From contig NC_057719.1 of the NCBI RefSeq assembly GCF_004010195.1, positions 9,649,112 to 9,713,111 on the forward strand: 64,000 nucleotides of DNA, read 5' to 3'. This DNA is from Chiloscyllium plagiosum. Taxonomy: Eukaryota. A program made the translations under genes and the position numbers. Positions within the stretch are counted from its first letter, which is position 1. Every line of letters starts with the position of its first letter. The notes under the pieces are model-generated. The model did not search any database. It saw only the letters and a list, made by a program, of their open reading frames with translations, and was not told where the DNA came from. Of the stretch, positions 60,946 through 64,000 are shown piece by piece.

Positions 60946-63900
60946 CTTGAAGGACTGTAATGCTGATCGTTTAATTCTTAATTTCTTTCTAATATAGTCC
61001 TATGACACTGTACCTATGTAGCTTTGTACCTGAGATGGTGCCATAAGTGCTGACTTGTGAACTTTTCACTGCACTCATGTGAGTACATGTGACAATAAAG
61101 CCAACTCTAATTCTGATGGTAATCTTGACAAATACCCTGATGATTGGGAAGGCAGCTGACAACATACCACATGGCAGGAGATAAAAGGGTTCAATTGCTT
61201 GTTTTGACTCCAGTCTGAATGGGAATGGATTCTTGACCCTGCCTGAACGTGACACATTTTCTGGAATCAGACAGGCGCTCACTCAGGCCCAGTTTTACGA
61301 AGGTTTTCAGATGTAAGTCTATGTCAGCCAATGGTAGGTGCAACATGGCCTGTTGCTGGTCCAGCAAAAACATGATTGGCCACTTCAACATGGCCTGAAG
61401 GAAAAAAAAGGTTCATTAAAGTTTTTGTCGACCTTATGCCGAAAAGGTTAGGTGTTTTGTGGCACCTTGTGGTGGACTTATTTGACACTCTCTGCATTCA
61501 GGAATTTCAGCTCCTTACCACTATTGTCCTTGATGGTCTTGGGGAGCAACAGTAACTGGGATGGGGGAAGGGGAGTGGAAGGAAACAGGCTGTGTCCGCC
61601 AACACCAACGACAGTGGGGAAGTGGGGAGAGGACATTGTGGGTGAGAGCAAGCATTCTGTCCAGAATTGTGTTATATTTTCCCCTTCTATCCTTTAGAGA
61701 TCGTGAAGGTGTGGTGATGAAACAAAATGCTCCTGATGTTTTAAAGATATTATTGATTGAAATAATTTGATACATGCAATAAGTTAATTAACCTATTTTG
61801 TGTAAATACCTCAACTTGGCTTAAATGCATTTATTTTATAAACAGAATTAACTGACCTGAATCAATGTTGTCAGAGACAGTGAAGTTAATTGTACTTGCA
61901 AGCAAATTCGTGGAGGGACAGTAGGTGAACTGGTTTTAGAGTTGAAATGTTTGTCAATGGATTATCCATGCCAAGTAGCACTCTCCTTCATCTCCATGGA
62001 TATCTCCTTATGTTCTACGGAGGTCCCTTCGCCAGAAAAGTAGGCAATAAGGAAATGTTGAAATCTGCGCAAAGACTTCACTGTAACTGAAATCTGGACT
62101 TTGTGTGTCCACATATCTTCCATTGATTTGGTTTTTGTATCTGATTGAGAACAGAATACTCTTAGGTTTCAGAGTCAACTTGGCTTTATTCGCAAGGCAA
62201 CTACCAATGACCAATCTTGTCTTACCTTTAGCTTAAAAGTAAATGAGAAATGCAAAGTCTAGGTGCCTAAACTGGCAGACTTGAATTGCTACTCCCAATT
62301 TACACTTGACATCAACAGGAAGCATTCAGTTTATGTCGCACAGTGATCACTAGATAGCATAACCACTATAATGGATACAATGATGAAGGAAAGCTTTGAT
62401 AGGATTAAACATTGACTGACGGTACTGGGACTCATTGAAAATTAGTAGGTTCAGTAAGACTCCTCTTCTGGGGTGGGCCAGAGGAGCAACAACATCTGCA
62501 TCATAAAACAATGTTAATTTCTTTTCTACTTTCTTCCCCCATTAGAAAATCAGTACAGACCTTGATTTTGTTTCGTCTTTCAAAAGTGCATCCTTTTTTT
62601 TTGTGAAATGTCCAAAATAATCCAATATGTTTTTCACAATATCAACACTTATTTGCAGCGTTGAAAAGGGTGAGGTTGAACCGTGAATTTGTATTTTAAA
62701 GAATGATGGGTCCATCTATTTGCCTAAACACATCAACACTGACCTTTCCAGCCTGATCAAATAATTAATTAACATTCTCAAAGGGGAGAGTCACTTTGTC
62801 CCCAAAGCTCTCACGAGCACATTTTTAAATTTGAAACTTTAATTTTTCCTTTATCATATGAAGCAAATGGAAATCATAAGAATTATGCAAATATATCTCT
62901 AATTACCAGCTTCCTTGCACTGGAATTTAGAATTCAGAATTAGGTTTATTAGAATTAGATTTACTGTCACATGTACTCAAGTACAGAGTACAGTGAAAAG
63001 TTTACAAAAGCCAAATTTCAGAACAAATGGTGTTAGTGAACATGCGAACTATGTTTTACCTCTCATCAACATGTTCAAGGAAGTCATTGCACACCTCTGG
63101 AGCTGAGGAGGGATGGGAAATTGAACACTGGGACTTACGGTCCAGAGGTAGGGACATTACTGCTGCACCTCAAGAGGACCGTCTCAGTGGAGATTTGAAG
63201 CAGCTGTTACAACAACAACAAAAAAAAAGCTGATGCACAATTGAACTCTCCTTCGATGTCCACTCTGGTTGAATTGTTTTGATGTGGAGAGCAGATATTG
63301 AGGTTCCAAATTTTGTTGGGGGAGGGGTGGTCGGATTTTGTGTGAGGAAGTGACACGAGGGAAGGCGCTCAAGGTGAGGTAATGCGAGCCAGCTGCAGGT
63401 TAGGTTAGTGCACTCTGTTCTCAGGGCTGTTTGCCAAGCGGGCCGCAGGCTTCAGGCCTTTGAAGGGTTGATAGCCATCTTTTGACTGATGACTCATGAA
63501 GCAATTTGGAAAACAAAAATTCAAGCGACAACTTAAAAGAAGCAATTACGTTTTATAAAACTACAAAATTTTACTCAAATGAAGAACGAACACCACTATC
63601 AAAAAACACGCACATTTACAAAATATTCCTTAAAACAGTTTCATATACGTATGAAACCCACCTGAGTAGGTCACAGCTCTTTCTTTTAAAAGAAGGAATT
63701 GTTATGGGAGCCCCATTACATTTGAGTGATTTCACCACGTCTCTGTAAGTATTTTACTAAAGAGTAGCTGTGACCTACTTGGCAGTGCTGACAGATATGG
63801 TTGCAAAAAACATGGTAGTTGCTCAAAAGATGGTCCATTTAAACATGGATTTCAAATCCAACATTTCATAGTCATCTCATATTGGAGAATAATTCCATGC

Positions 63901-64000
63901 ACGCTTTGCACAATACTCAAACGACTGACTAATTAACTTTTACTGTTGTCGCGAAGTAGGTGCAGGATAAATTAAGATCAAGTATTTACTGCACCGAAAT

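Noticed and set aside
60119..60997. 292-aa Gly/Ser/Val-rich ORF and overlapping ORFs
   Set aside because: Translation of the 23-bp minisatellite; all three plus-strand frames are open for compositional reasons and the ORF crosses an N gap.

Overview
This is repeat-dense vertebrate DNA, almost certainly from a shark or other elasmobranch, inferred from HE1-type V-SINEs and HER1/CR1 LINE 3' ends. I could not identify a host protein-coding gene. The ORFs I can recognise are pieces of retroelements; many others are antisense to them, low-complexity or unassigned. The window holds many CR1/HER1 fragments, HE1 SINEs, DeuSINE-like relics, a decayed Ty3/Gypsy element (20359-24031, -), Rex/Babar tails, a Tigger-like MITE, two local tandem duplications and a 23-bp G-rich minisatellite. 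Two observations stand out. (1) Many Penelope-like element (PLE) pieces carry minimal type I hammerhead ribozyme cores (CUGANGA-N-stem II-GAAA-palindromic ACGU or AGCU). These fall into several sequence families with compensating stems and often sit at the centre of inverted repeats flanked by target-site duplications (TSDs). (2) A near full-length single-ORF EN-RT LINE (CR1/Zenon-like, about 48612-52285, -) has a 5' end that matches the tRNA-like head and body of an abundant local SINE, and a 3' end that matches that SINE's tail. The SINE therefore looks like an internal-deletion derivative of a SINE-headed LINE. There are also weak hints of promoters and spliced, probably non-coding, exons. 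All coordinates were read by eye and repeat boundaries are approximate.
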